A program made the position numbers and the translations under genes. A stretch of DNA of 64,000 nucleotides from a virus, in IMG/VR virus record IMGVR_UViG_3300009103_000007, positions 1 to 64,000 of that record, one strand, 5' to 3'. The notes beneath the pieces are model-generated. The model was not told the DNA's origin. It made no database searches and was given only the letters and a program-made list of their open reading frames with translations. Below, piece after piece: positions 1 through 8,006 of this stretch; within the stretch, counting starts at the first letter, position 1; each line of letters starts with the position of its first letter.

Positions 1-2
1 AA

Positions 3-149
3 ATAAATAAGTGGCGCCTTTATGATGATAGTGTTCTCTATGAATTCAAGTCAAGGAGGGATATCGAGTTTTGGTTGGAATCCAAATTATTACAAGAAGT
101 GGACGATGATCTGCAGGTGTTCTTTTCAGGACATAAAGAGTATATTTAG
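3..149 (+). CDS. Partial hypothetical protein (3' end only)
   Basis: Frame 3 is open from the window start (INKWRLYDDSVLYEF...GHKEYI) to TAG at 147-149. Not in the ORF track. Confidence 0.5.
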   Translation: MNKWRLYDDSVLYEFKSRRDIEFWLESKLLQEVDDDLQVFFSGHKEYI

Positions 150-160
150 TATTTGATGAT

Positions 161-168
161 ACTAGTTA
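161..168 (+). promoter_or_regulatory. Putative phage late-promoter motif ACTAGTTA
   Basis: WCTA-N-TTA motif 7 nt before ATG 176, no SD. The motif recurs before many starts. Confidence 0.5.
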
Positions 169-175
169 TTATACA

Positions 176-427
176 ATGATCAAAGACATAATCAAAATAC
201 AGACAACTCATGGATACACAATAGATGTGTCTGCCGAAATTTCTTCTGAATACGACTCGGCAGCTGGAGTGACACGTTCACGGGACGGTGAAGATATCCC
301 CGAAGTACCTACATCACAGCATTTTATTCCATTTCGATTGACTTTTTTGGGCCCACCAAATATCAGGGGCCAGCGGCCGGAACCCAATAGTAAATATTAT
401 ACTTTCGTGGGAATCACTAGGGGTTGA
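176..427 (+). CDS. Hypothetical protein
   Basis: 83-aa ORF preceded by the recurring motif. Confidence 0.6.
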   Translation: MIKDIIKIQTTHGYTIDVSAEISSEYDSAAGVTRSRDGEDIPEVPTSQHFIPFRLTFLGPPNIRGQRPEPNSKYYTFVGITRG

Positions 428-431
428 GCCT

Positions 432-1391
432 ATGATTGATCAAATTAAACCTCTGGCCAACAAATTAACAAAATTTTGCCAAAAAAAATTAGGATTTGAG
501 TCTCCGCCCAAACTCTTTCTAAAAAGTGATGAAGAGAATTCTAGGAATCCGCTAGGAAGAACCGCTCACTATAATCCAAATGAAAAGTCAGTAACCATTT
601 TTGTCACAGGCAGGCATATAAAAGATGTCTTAAGATCCCTTTCCCATGAACTTGTGCACCATCACCAAAATTTAAGAGGAGATCTGGCCCCAGAGAAATG
701 TGGAAATTTAAGTGCTGGATATGCACAAGATAATGAACATATGCGAAATATGGAAAAAGAAGCCTATTTATTAGGTAATATGAATTTTAGAGATTGGGAA
801 GACGGTTGCAAACTCAGCATAAAAGAGTCTAGATTATTAAAGGAGAACAAAATAATGAGTACCAATAAGTCAAAAGTTAAAATAAACAAAAGAATTCTTA
901 AAAAGTTGATCGAAAGAATTGTCGCCAAAAGATTAACATTAAAAGAGTTCGGAAGTGATCCTGCTTACAGTAGAGACGATGCCCTAGGGCCAGAAGAGGA
1001 ATTGGAATCAGATTCTTTTGTACCCGAAGATGAAGGAGAATGGCCAACAGATATGAAGCCGCCACCAGATTCTGATCTAGATTCAGGATATATAATGCCC
1101 GAAGACGAAGACGAAGAAGAATGGCCAGAGGCGGATCCAAATTGGGTACCCAATGACGAAGAAGAATGGCCTCCACCGGTCCAGCCGCCAGCGCTCCCAG
1201 GAGACGAAGAGCCGGTTCCATTTTTGCAAGGAGATGAAGAGGAGGATCCATTTTTACAAGAAGGTTCAACTGACTGTGATTGTACAGATTTAAACGGCAC
1301 TCCCGAAAGAGAGGGCAATTTATATGAAGCTAGGTTTGGTAACAGAAACTCAAAATTGTTTGAAAAATTAACCAAAAAGTGGACAAAATAA
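432..1391 (+). CDS. Zincin-like (HExxH) domain protein with acidic Pro-rich repeat region
   Basis: SHELVHHHQ followed by MEKEAY (possible third Zn ligand). C-terminal half has EEEWP and PFLQ repeats. Confidence 0.6.
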   Translation: MIDQIKPLANKLTKFCQKKLGFESPPKLFLKSDEENSRNPLGRTAHYNPNEKSVTIFVTGRHIKDVLRSLSHELVHHHQNLRGDLAPEKCGNLSAGYAQDNEHMRNMEKEAYLLGNMNFRDWEDGCKLSIKESRLLKENKIMSTNKSKVKINKRILKKLIERIVAKRLTLKEFGSDPAYSRDDALGPEEELESDSFVPEDEGEWPTDMKPPPDSDLDSGYIMPEDEDEEEWPEADPNWVPNDEEEWPPPVQPPALPGDEEPVPFLQGDEEEDPFLQEGSTDCDCTDLNGTPEREGNLYEARFGNRNSKLFEKLTKKWTK

Positions 1392-1397
1392 ATACAA

Positions 1398-1679
1398 GTG
1401 TCTTTTTACAATAAAACATATAACGAGTTAAATGATTTAACTAGAAGATTCCTCATGAATGAGGGAAATATAGAAATAAACACATATATACAGGCTGTCT
1501 CTGATATACTTGAATCTCTTAAGCCTAAAACTACTTCTGATAAAAACAGGGTGTTAACCGCAAAAAATCATTTACGTGAAATACGCAGATATGCCAAAAG
1601 ACTGAAGGAGCAAATAAATATTTTGGAAGAGAGAGTCCAAATTCTAGAGGAAGCAAATGAATCGGAAATTATTAAATGA
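1398..1679 (+). CDS. Hypothetical coiled-coil protein
   Basis: 93 aa, GTG start, heptad-like C-terminus (LKEQINILEERVQILEE). Confidence 0.6.
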   Translation: MSFYNKTYNELNDLTRRFLMNEGNIEINTYIQAVSDILESLKPKTTSDKNRVLTAKNHLREIRRYAKRLKEQINILEERVQILEEANESEIIK

Positions 1680-4119
1680 AGGTGGCTCCGGTGGGCATAT
1701 GTTCCATCCTTTTAATTTGCCATCCATCAATTCTGGCACTGATTTAATAGAGTTTTTCTATAAAGCAGCTGAATTTCTTGCAAGAAATCCTGAAAAAATA
1801 ACACCTAGCGATTCCAGTAGCCTTAAAGTCGACGGCGCCAATACCGCCTTCAAACTTGTGCGTGGACCCTCTGGATTAGAGTTTGCATTTGATCGAGGAT
1901 CGATGTTCCCTATAGATATAGAGGGAATCACCATTGATAAACTCACCGATCCGGATGGTAACAAAACTCACGGACGTTGGCCCGCGGGACATGGCATGAT
2001 CTCTATGGGTAGGATTATGTTGGGGGCCCTCAATCGCGCGCTTCCAAGAATTAAGCAGGAATTAATTGCTTTAGGACTAATGGACGAAAAAGGCAACCCA
2101 GATACTACTAAATTTATAAATTCCGAATTCTGTTGGAAGGAGACGAACGCAGTAAAATACAATGAAGATTTTGTAGCATTTCACGGAGTGAATCAATATT
2201 ACGAAAAAGATTACAGGGGTATACATCGACCGGGCGCCGTACGGCCATTAATCAAAGATGAGAAAACAGGGAAAATGATCCCGACCAAACAGACGGCTAC
2301 AGAGATATTGTATGACGAAAGTGCGATGGAGAGTTTTAAAAATAAGGTTTTGCCATATTTCCGAGAAGCAAAGGGCCCGAAAAATCCGGATGGGTTTAAT
2401 GTATATACTGTGATTCCAGTGTACTTAAAAGAAGCCGGCGACCTACCTTCCAAGATCGAAGAAATGCTAGCTAGTGAACTTACTATTCGATTTAGACGCG
2501 ACCAATTAAATGAATGGAAAGCGGACCCCTCCGGAACGGCGACGATGTCACTCAAAGGGTGGTTATCAGACAAGAGAACTGTAAACCCCAGAGCAGTATT
2601 TATTAATATGTCTGATGGTTCCAAAAAGGGAGCTATGAGCAAAGAGGTTTATGGCCGTATCCTGAGTGGAGAACCTGTTGAAGAAATGGTAAAAGATCCT
2701 GAAAGTTGGGATGTGGCCGCGGCAATTAATGGAGCTTTATTTTACTATGCAATAGAGAATGTTGGCGCAACTATTTTAAAGGATTTAACAAGTCCTTTGG
2801 GGGATATTGTGACTGATGAAATGGCCCATGAGGGCGTGGTCTTAAGAAACGAAGAACTCTTCGGTGTAAAAATGGTAAAAATTACAGGCAACTTTATAAC
2901 GTCAGGAAGTACCGGTAAATTCGCCTCTAACAGGCCGGAAGAGCAATTGCCACTATCCCCTTCGGAAAGAGAGGAACAGCCCGAGCAGGCTGATATAGAG
3001 GCCCCAGAAGAGGTTCTGGCGGCCGGCCGGCGGCCATTTCGTATAGGTATGTTGCCAGGGGCATTTAAGCCACCTCACCGCGGCCATCTGAATATGGCTA
3101 CTCGACTGGCTAAGGCTGCGAAACTGGATAAGGTCCTAATTTTAATTTCTAAACCTACTCAAAAACAAAGAGCTATGGCCTCAGGAAAAGTCTTAACTGC
3201 TGAGGATTCACAACTTATTTGGCAGCAATATATTGCTGGCTCCTCTATTCCGAATGCTGAAGCGCACCCTTCTCCGCATGCCTCGCCTGTACAGGTAGTT
3301 TATGATTATGTAATGAAAGATCCTGACCCTAATGATGATTTAATCGCTCCTCTTGGAGCGGAAATTTTCTTGGGTTGCGGTGACAAAGGAAGTGATGCAG
3401 ATCGTTATAGTGAAATCGCCGCGAAAGCAAGAAAGGATTTAAAAATTAAAATAGTAACGTGCCCACTTGATGTTCGACATACAGGTGAGTATATGGAGCT
3501 TTTGAATTCAGCTCCAGAGATCAAAAACAATATGCCCTCTGTAATAGACCCTGACGAAGATAAAGATCCTAGAGACTTTCATGGCTCTGACATGAGATAT
3601 CTCGCAGAATTCACTGAAAACAGTTCTGTAGCTCTAGAGTTGTTTAAAGATTTTGTACCAAAGGGAGATGCTTTGGCTGTCTTGGGAATACTAGGCATAA
3701 ACCCATCCAGCGCTGGCATCGAGCGAGATGAGCCATCCGCGCAAGCCCCTGGAGCTGTCATGGAAGTAGAGAATCTATTTGATTTGTTTGGTGAGATATT
3801 GCTGCAAGAGGATTTTCAAGATAAAATGAAGGCGCGTCTTTGTCGAGCACATGATTGGTTCTTAAATCAGGGGCGCCATGATTTAACAAAACATGGTGGC
3901 GGATTTCATCTAGATCCTCCAAAGTGTAAGTCAAATGCTTTCGTTGCAAAAGAATCAGTAAAATCAAAAATAAAACTTAAACTTTTAAAAGGATTCGCAG
4001 AAAAAGATATAGAAGAGGCATCATCAATGGGTGCGGGAATGGTTGCAATTTCCCCGGCTAAAATTGGTGTTGGTAAGAGGGAGAATGAAGAAGATGAAGA
4101 AGAGACTCTCATTAGATAA
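1657..4119 (+). CDS. Two-domain protein: ligase-like nucleotidyltransferase N-domain plus HIGH-type cytidylyltransferase-like C-domain
   Basis: PGAFKPPHRGH is a HIGH motif. N-half has KVDGAN, EGVVLR and VKIT, resembling ligase motifs I, IV and V. Confidence 0.6.
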   Translation: MNRKLLNEGGSGGHMFHPFNLPSINSGTDLIEFFYKAAEFLARNPEKITPSDSSSLKVDGANTAFKLVRGPSGLEFAFDRGSMFPIDIEGITIDKLTDPDGNKTHGRWPAGHGMISMGRIMLGALNRALPRIKQELIALGLMDEKGNPDTTKFINSEFCWKETNAVKYNEDFVAFHGVNQYYEKDYRGIHRPGAVRPLIKDEKTGKMIPTKQTATEILYDESAMESFKNKVLPYFREAKGPKNPDGFNVYTVIPVYLKEAGDLPSKIEEMLASELTIRFRRDQLNEWKADPSGTATMSLKGWLSDKRTVNPRAVFINMSDGSKKGAMSKEVYGRILSGEPVEEMVKDPESWDVAAAINGALFYYAIENVGATILKDLTSPLGDIVTDEMAHEGVVLRNEELFGVKMVKITGNFITSGSTGKFASNRPEEQLPLSPSEREEQPEQADIEAPEEVLAAGRRPFRIGMLPGAFKPPHRGHLNMATRLAKAAKLDKVLILISKPTQKQRAMASGKVLTAEDSQLIWQQYIAGSSIPNAEAHPSPHASPVQVVYDYVMKDPDPNDDLIAPLGAEIFLGCGDKGSDADRYSEIAAKARKDLKIKIVTCPLDVRHTGEYMELLNSAPEIKNNMPSVIDPDEDKDPRDFHGSDMRYLAEFTENSSVALELFKDFVPKGDALAVLGILGINPSSAGIERDEPSAQAPGAVMEVENLFDLFGEILLQEDFQDKMKARLCRAHDWFLNQGRHDLTKHGGGFHLDPPKCKSNAFVAKESVKSKIKLKLLKGFAEKDIEEASSMGAGMVAISPAKIGVGKRENEEDEEETLIR

Positions 4120-4156
4120 ATCCAATTTTAATGTTGAGATCTTTTGTTTTTTTGAA

Positions 4157-4164
4157 TCTATTTA
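4157..4164 (+). promoter_or_regulatory. Putative late-promoter motif TCTATTTA
   Basis: Intergenic, 18 nt before ATG 4183, with a GAGG SD in between. Confidence 0.5.
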
Positions 4165-4182
4165 TATTAACGAGGGCACCAC

Positions 4183-4965
4183 ATGACTACGACTACTCAA
4201 GAAAATAAAATCCGTAAGATCTTAAAATCAGCTATAAGATCTTTTTTCGAAAAAAAAATAAGGAACGATGAGAAGATAGTGAAATCACTATTGGAAGAGC
4301 ACACTCTTCGCATGCATATTAGGGATCTACTATTAGAATCAGCAGTGGAGGATCCGGATGCAGATGTGCATGATAATACCGGTATTAACACATTAAAAGA
4401 CTTGCTTAAAAACACAAACGTATTGTCTACCCTCAGGGGTGTCTACAAAACCTTAACAACAAGTGAAGCCCAGAGAACATCGTTCAGATCACACATAGTT
4501 CGGTGGATTCAAGATACATTGGCGCCAATACGGATCAATGATAAGGCGCCCCTCAAAGATCCGGAAGAGGCCCTATCCGAAGGAATTGAAGATGGAGATG
4601 TGGATATCGATGTCACTGGAATAGACGCTGGAAAATTTATAGATGCAAAAGACGGTGGCCCAGAGGCACCAAAAGAAGAAGAAAAAGAAACTAGTAACAT
4701 GGATCCAATCGAAGGGGAAGATACCACTGGTCGTAATAAAGCTGAAAGAGTTTACCCTACAATAGAAAAATCTATTATAGATTATTATGCCGAACTTGAT
4801 CACGAAGAAGATCAAGAGTTATTTTATGATTATCTCATTGCAAACATAAAGCTGTATTTTGATAAGTGGGAAGGGGAAATGACCCCAGATGTAGACGAGC
4901 CAACTAACGATGAATACCAATCTCACGCGCAGCCAGAGCCAGCCCCGTCGCCAATATCAGAATAA
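4183..4965 (+). CDS. Hypothetical acidic protein, possibly head-associated
   Basis: 260 aa. Basic N-terminus ending LLLE-S, acidic body. Confidence 0.6.
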   Translation: MTTTTQENKIRKILKSAIRSFFEKKIRNDEKIVKSLLEEHTLRMHIRDLLLESAVEDPDADVHDNTGINTLKDLLKNTNVLSTLRGVYKTLTTSEAQRTSFRSHIVRWIQDTLAPIRINDKAPLKDPEEALSEGIEDGDVDIDVTGIDAGKFIDAKDGGPEAPKEEEKETSNMDPIEGEDTTGRNKAERVYPTIEKSIIDYYAELDHEEDQELFYDYLIANIKLYFDKWEGEMTPDVDEPTNDEYQSHAQPEPAPSPISE

Positions 4966-4967
4966 GC

Positions 4968-4996
4968 TTGCATTTTAAAAGCAAATATGCTATTTT
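4968..4996 (+). promoter_or_regulatory. sigma70-like promoter
   Basis: TTGCAT-17 nt-TATTTT, with TG just upstream of the -10, before ORF 5027. Confidence 0.45.
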
Positions 4997-5026
4997 AGTT
5001 GAGGTGGTTGGGTTTGGCAGTTAAAG

Positions 5027-5395
5027 ATGGTATTTGATAATTCATTAAAGAAAAAACCTGAAAGGTTGAAAAGTTTAAATAAAGATTTCGACATATACTC
5101 TTCTCTAATTTCAGAAGAAAAGATAGATCGTAAGTTTTTCGAAAAATTAAAATTTCTAAAATTAGAGGAATTAATAGCTTTAAAACTTTCTTCAGCTTCA
5201 ATAGGAATTAAAGGAAAATTAATTAATTTTCCTTTAATTAAATTTATTTCAGATATCTCCAAGGAGGCCTGTGTTTTATTTGCTTTATCAAGTACTGACT
5301 CTAAAAGAGATGCGGCAATGATACTTGGAATTACGAAAAAAGAACTCAATCGCTTAATTAAAGTGTATGATATTGATTTAAAAAAGGAGAAATGA
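5027..5395 (+). CDS. Protein with C-terminal Fis-type helix-turn-helix
   Basis: KRDAAMILGITKKELNRLIKVYDI resembles the Fis/NtrC HTH consensus. GAGG SD upstream. Confidence 0.6.
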   Translation: MVFDNSLKKKPERLKSLNKDFDIYSSLISEEKIDRKFFEKLKFLKLEELIALKLSSASIGIKGKLINFPLIKFISDISKEACVLFALSSTDSKRDAAMILGITKKELNRLIKVYDIDLKKEK

Positions 5396-5490
5396 TGTTT
5401 ACTACAATAATAATAGGGTCTGCGATATTACTTCCACTAATTATATTACCAATGTTAGTGTTTAAGTTGGCTGAATTTGGAGATAGGTGA
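5392..5490 (+). CDS. 32-aa single-transmembrane microprotein
   Basis: MMFTTIIIGSAILLPLIILPMLVFKLAEFGDR*. ATGA overlap with the upstream stop, AAGGAG SD. Below the ORF-track cutoff. Confidence 0.6.
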   Translation: MMFTTIIIGSAILLPLIILPMLVFKLAEFGDR

Positions 5491-5505
5491 GGAGGAACAT
5501 GGAGC

Positions 5506-6132
5506 ATGGCTAAGATAAGGGGTCTGCAAGCTAAAAAAATTGCTCTTCACTTTAAAGGTGTTCTTGATGCTAAGAAATATGCTTTTTTTGAAAAAGGTGA
5601 TTATAATGTAAATATTATAGCGGTTAGAAACGGCTCAGGAAGAGCCGATATCTTTGATGACTTCATGAATGTTGTGTATAAAATAGATGGAGAGTGGGTT
5701 GTCGATTCTTATATAATAACAACTGAACCTGGACCTCGGATTTTACGTAGGCCACTGCAAAGCGTAGCTCACAAGGGCACTGCCATATTAGTGCCCGATC
5801 AATATCGTTCAACTTATCAAATCGGTCTTCATGGCGGAAAGCGAAAATATATTGCTATAGTTCAGAGAGGAGGCGAGGTGAAAGTCTGGAGAGACAACAA
5901 TCGAGATTCTAAGCCTGATTATGTGGGAGAAAAAGACGAAGGATGGTATGGTATAAATATCCACAGACATTGGGGTTCTGACGAAAAAGACTATACTGGA
6001 TCTGTGTCAGCCGGCTGCCAAGTGTTCCAGAGTAGTAAAGATTTTTACGAATTTATGGATACTTGCAATATTGCAGCCGAAAGGTGGAAAAATAGTTTTA
6101 CATATACACTCTTAGAAGAGAGGGACTTATAA
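5506..6132 (+). CDS. YkuD/L,D-transpeptidase-like cysteine enzyme, putative cell-wall hydrolase
   Basis: GINIH...SVSAGCQV matches the H-x(14-17)-S-x-G-C catalytic motif. Strong SD. Confidence 0.55.
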   Translation: MAKIRGLQAKKIALHFKGVLDAKKYAFFEKGDYNVNIIAVRNGSGRADIFDDFMNVVYKIDGEWVVDSYIITTEPGPRILRRPLQSVAHKGTAILVPDQYRSTYQIGLHGGKRKYIAIVQRGGEVKVWRDNNRDSKPDYVGEKDEGWYGINIHRHWGSDEKDYTGSVSAGCQVFQSSKDFYEFMDTCNIAAERWKNSFTYTLLEERDL

Positions 6133-6143
6133 AGGAGAAGAAA

Positions 6144-6560
6144 ATGCCTAAATTTTATAGACAAAACAGAAAAAATATCAATCCAAGATATTTTTTGAAT
6201 GAGACTGCACAAAGAGAGGACGAAGCTGACTTAGCACAATGTGCTCAACATTTATTGCAGGGAGAAAAATGTTCCGGTCACTTCACAGATTTGGAATCTT
6301 TAAATGACCGAGGCATAAAGATGTTAGCTAATTTTTTTGATGACATAAGTAATGAAACGAATTGTGTCCTCACTACTTGTGAGGTAAAGGCTCTGTATCA
6401 TAGAATAGTCCAGATTTATGGAAAAGAATATGCTAGGAGTATGGCGTTTAAGCCAGAAATTTTTCAACATGAGGTGGAGGATATCAAAAACAGATACAAA
6501 GAAATAGATCAGATGTTTGATAATTCAATTCCAAGAGGCCTCGACCGAGGGGGAGAATAG
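6144..6560 (+). CDS. Hypothetical protein with class-II leader (MPKFYRQNRKNINPRYFLNE)
   Basis: N-terminus shared with the next gene at DNA and protein level. AAGGAG SD. Confidence 0.7.
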   Translation: MPKFYRQNRKNINPRYFLNETAQREDEADLAQCAQHLLQGEKCSGHFTDLESLNDRGIKMLANFFDDISNETNCVLTTCEVKALYHRIVQIYGKEYARSMAFKPEIFQHEVEDIKNRYKEIDQMFDNSIPRGLDRGGE

Positions 6561-6564
6561 AGAT

Positions 6565-7023
6565 ATGCCAAAAGTATACAAAAATAAAAAGAAGTTTATT
6601 GATCCAAGATATTTTCTGAATGAGACTGTAAATAGGGATTTGGAAGAAGCAGTAGTGGATCCCGGCCTTACAAAAGGTGGCCAATGGCCAGGAGTTAACC
6701 CACAAAAGAGGGCTTCTGATTTAGCTCAACAAGCTATGGATAGACAGACCTCTGGCGAAATACCCCCTTGGGAGGGTGATGGAACTCCAGATGTTCAGCT
6801 AGATCTTTTGACGGGAGAAGATATTGCAGTTCTGGAAAGTATATTACATCATTTTCGCAGAAGTAAGTATAGCGGCGGCGGAGACCGAGGCGACCGATTT
6901 GCGGAAATAATGGCCAAACTCGGAATAAAATTGAGTGATCACGAAAATATGTCTGACTGGTCAGAGGAAGATAAAGAACATGCTCGAAGAGCGGAATTAC
7001 ATAGAAAAAACTGGAATAGATAA
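6565..7023 (+). CDS. Hypothetical protein with class-II leader (MPKVYKNKKKFIDPRYFLNE)
   Basis: Start moved from 6517 to ATG 6565 by homology with 6144. Bodies of the two proteins look unrelated. Confidence 0.7.
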   Translation: MPKVYKNKKKFIDPRYFLNETVNRDLEEAVVDPGLTKGGQWPGVNPQKRASDLAQQAMDRQTSGEIPPWEGDGTPDVQLDLLTGEDIAVLESILHHFRRSKYSGGGDRGDRFAEIMAKLGIKLSDHENMSDWSEEDKEHARRAELHRKNWNR

Positions 7024-7036
7024 AGGAGGAGGCACT

Positions 7037-7132
7037 ATGAAAGGGTTACTACATAGAATAGCAAATTTATTCAATGCAAAGCATTGCTGCTGCTGCTGTG
7101 GCTGTTGTTCATGCACTAGCGGCTGCTGTTAA
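7037..7132 (+). CDS. 31-aa cysteine-rich microprotein
   Basis: MKGLLHRIANLFNAKHCCCCCGCCSCTSGCC*, 10 Cys. Strong AGGAGGAGG SD before ATG 7037. Confidence 0.7.
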   Translation: MKGLLHRIANLFNAKHCCCCCGCCSCTSGCC

Positions 7133-7135
7133 ATC

Positions 7136-7531
7136 ATGAAATTGATAATGGAAAACTGGAAACGATTCTTAAAAGAAGCTGATTGGCCGCCGCGGCACCA
7201 TACAGATTCATTCGGCCATGCTGGCACCTCTGGTTTAGGTGAAGATGAAGACGCGTCAGAATTGGCTCGCAAATTAATGGTAGTTATACGTACTCCAACG
7301 GATTTTTGCCAAGAAACCCCAGAAGACGAAGATTGTTTTAGTGCTGACTTTTTGGTAAATTTGTTGAAGAACAGAAATACGCCCGGATTTGATTGGCCCG
7401 AAGACGTCGAAACACCGGAAGAGTTGGCGTTATATTTGTGTTCTCGCGAAGGTCGTAATAGTGAGTGGAGTTGGGTTGCGGAGGAGGCAGTTCAAAAATA
7501 TCTTCAACTAGGTGAAGAAGGGAAGCTTTAG
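7136..7531 (+). CDS. Hypothetical protein with class-I leader MKLIMENW
   Basis: MKLIMENWKRFLKE-A. The last base of its TAG stop is G1 of the tmRNA. Confidence 0.7.
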   Translation: MKLIMENWKRFLKEADWPPRHHTDSFGHAGTSGLGEDEDASELARKLMVVIRTPTDFCQETPEDEDCFSADFLVNLLKNRNTPGFDWPEDVETPEELALYLCSREGRNSEWSWVAEEAVQKYLQLGEEGKL

Positions 7532-7835
7532 GGGGTGTAAAGGTATCGACAGGGTAAGGACAATAATGCGTGCAAGGCTGTGTGAGTGAGGTCACAGTAA
7601 AAACACTCAAAACTATAAATGCCAACGATGATGTTGAAATTTTCGAGGACTTTGCGCTTGCCGCATAGTTCTTGAGGAGGTTTTCCAGATACCTTCTTAA
7701 CCGAACATCTGGAATTGATATATTTGATAATTTATTTGCTAATTAACGGCTGTCTAGGGCCAGATCTAGACTAACCTTGTGAACGACGTATTGTTTGAGA
7801 TGTTCTGGACAGGAGTTCAATTCTCCTCACCTCCA
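7531..7835 (+). ncRNA. ssrA: tmRNA
   Basis: 5' GGGGGTG pairs with CACCTCC-A and includes the G3.U alanine wobble. T-arm AGGAG-TTCAATT-CTCCT. 5' GGTATCGAC motif. Internal tag ORF ends LAA. CCA is not encoded. Confidence 0.95.
7621..7668 (+). other. tmRNA tag reading frame ANDDVEIFEDFALAA*
   Basis: Resume codon GCC after ATAAAT. AND start and ALAA end are typical of ssrA tags. Confidence 0.9.
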
Positions 7836-7845
7836 AATCCACCCA

Positions 7846-7893
7846 AAACTTTGGGCGTTTCCACTGATGGAGATGTCCAAAGTTTTTTATTTT
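7846..7893 (+). terminator. Intrinsic terminator-like hairpin after tmRNA
   Basis: 18-bp stem (7846-7863/7868-7885) with three G.U pairs, CTGA loop, then a T-rich tract. Confidence 0.6.
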
Positions 7894-7912
7894 GCGGAGC
7901 ATTTGATAAATG

Positions 7913-7965
7913 AAAATAAACAATCCTTTCCTAACAACAAAGCAAAATAAAGGATTGTTTATTTT
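7913..7965. repeat. Perfect 17-bp inverted repeat, 19-nt spacer
   Basis: AAAATAAACAATCCTTT (7913-7929) and AAAGGATTGTTTATTTT (7949-7965). Confidence 0.85.
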
Positions 7966-8006
7966 GGAACAAAAGGTTTACACTTAGAGCCAAGTGGAGT
8001 AAATTT

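Noticed and set aside
898-1375. Two long minus-strand ORFs
   Set aside because: Antisense shadows of the low-complexity acidic/Pro region (Ser/Gly-rich translation).
7338-7625. Minus-strand 95-aa ORF across the tmRNA 5' end
   Set aside because: Overlaps a well-supported CDS and the tmRNA, with no motif or SD support.
7867-7950. 27-aa ORF in the post-tmRNA spacer
   Set aside because: Starts inside the terminator stem, has no SD and overlaps the inverted repeat.
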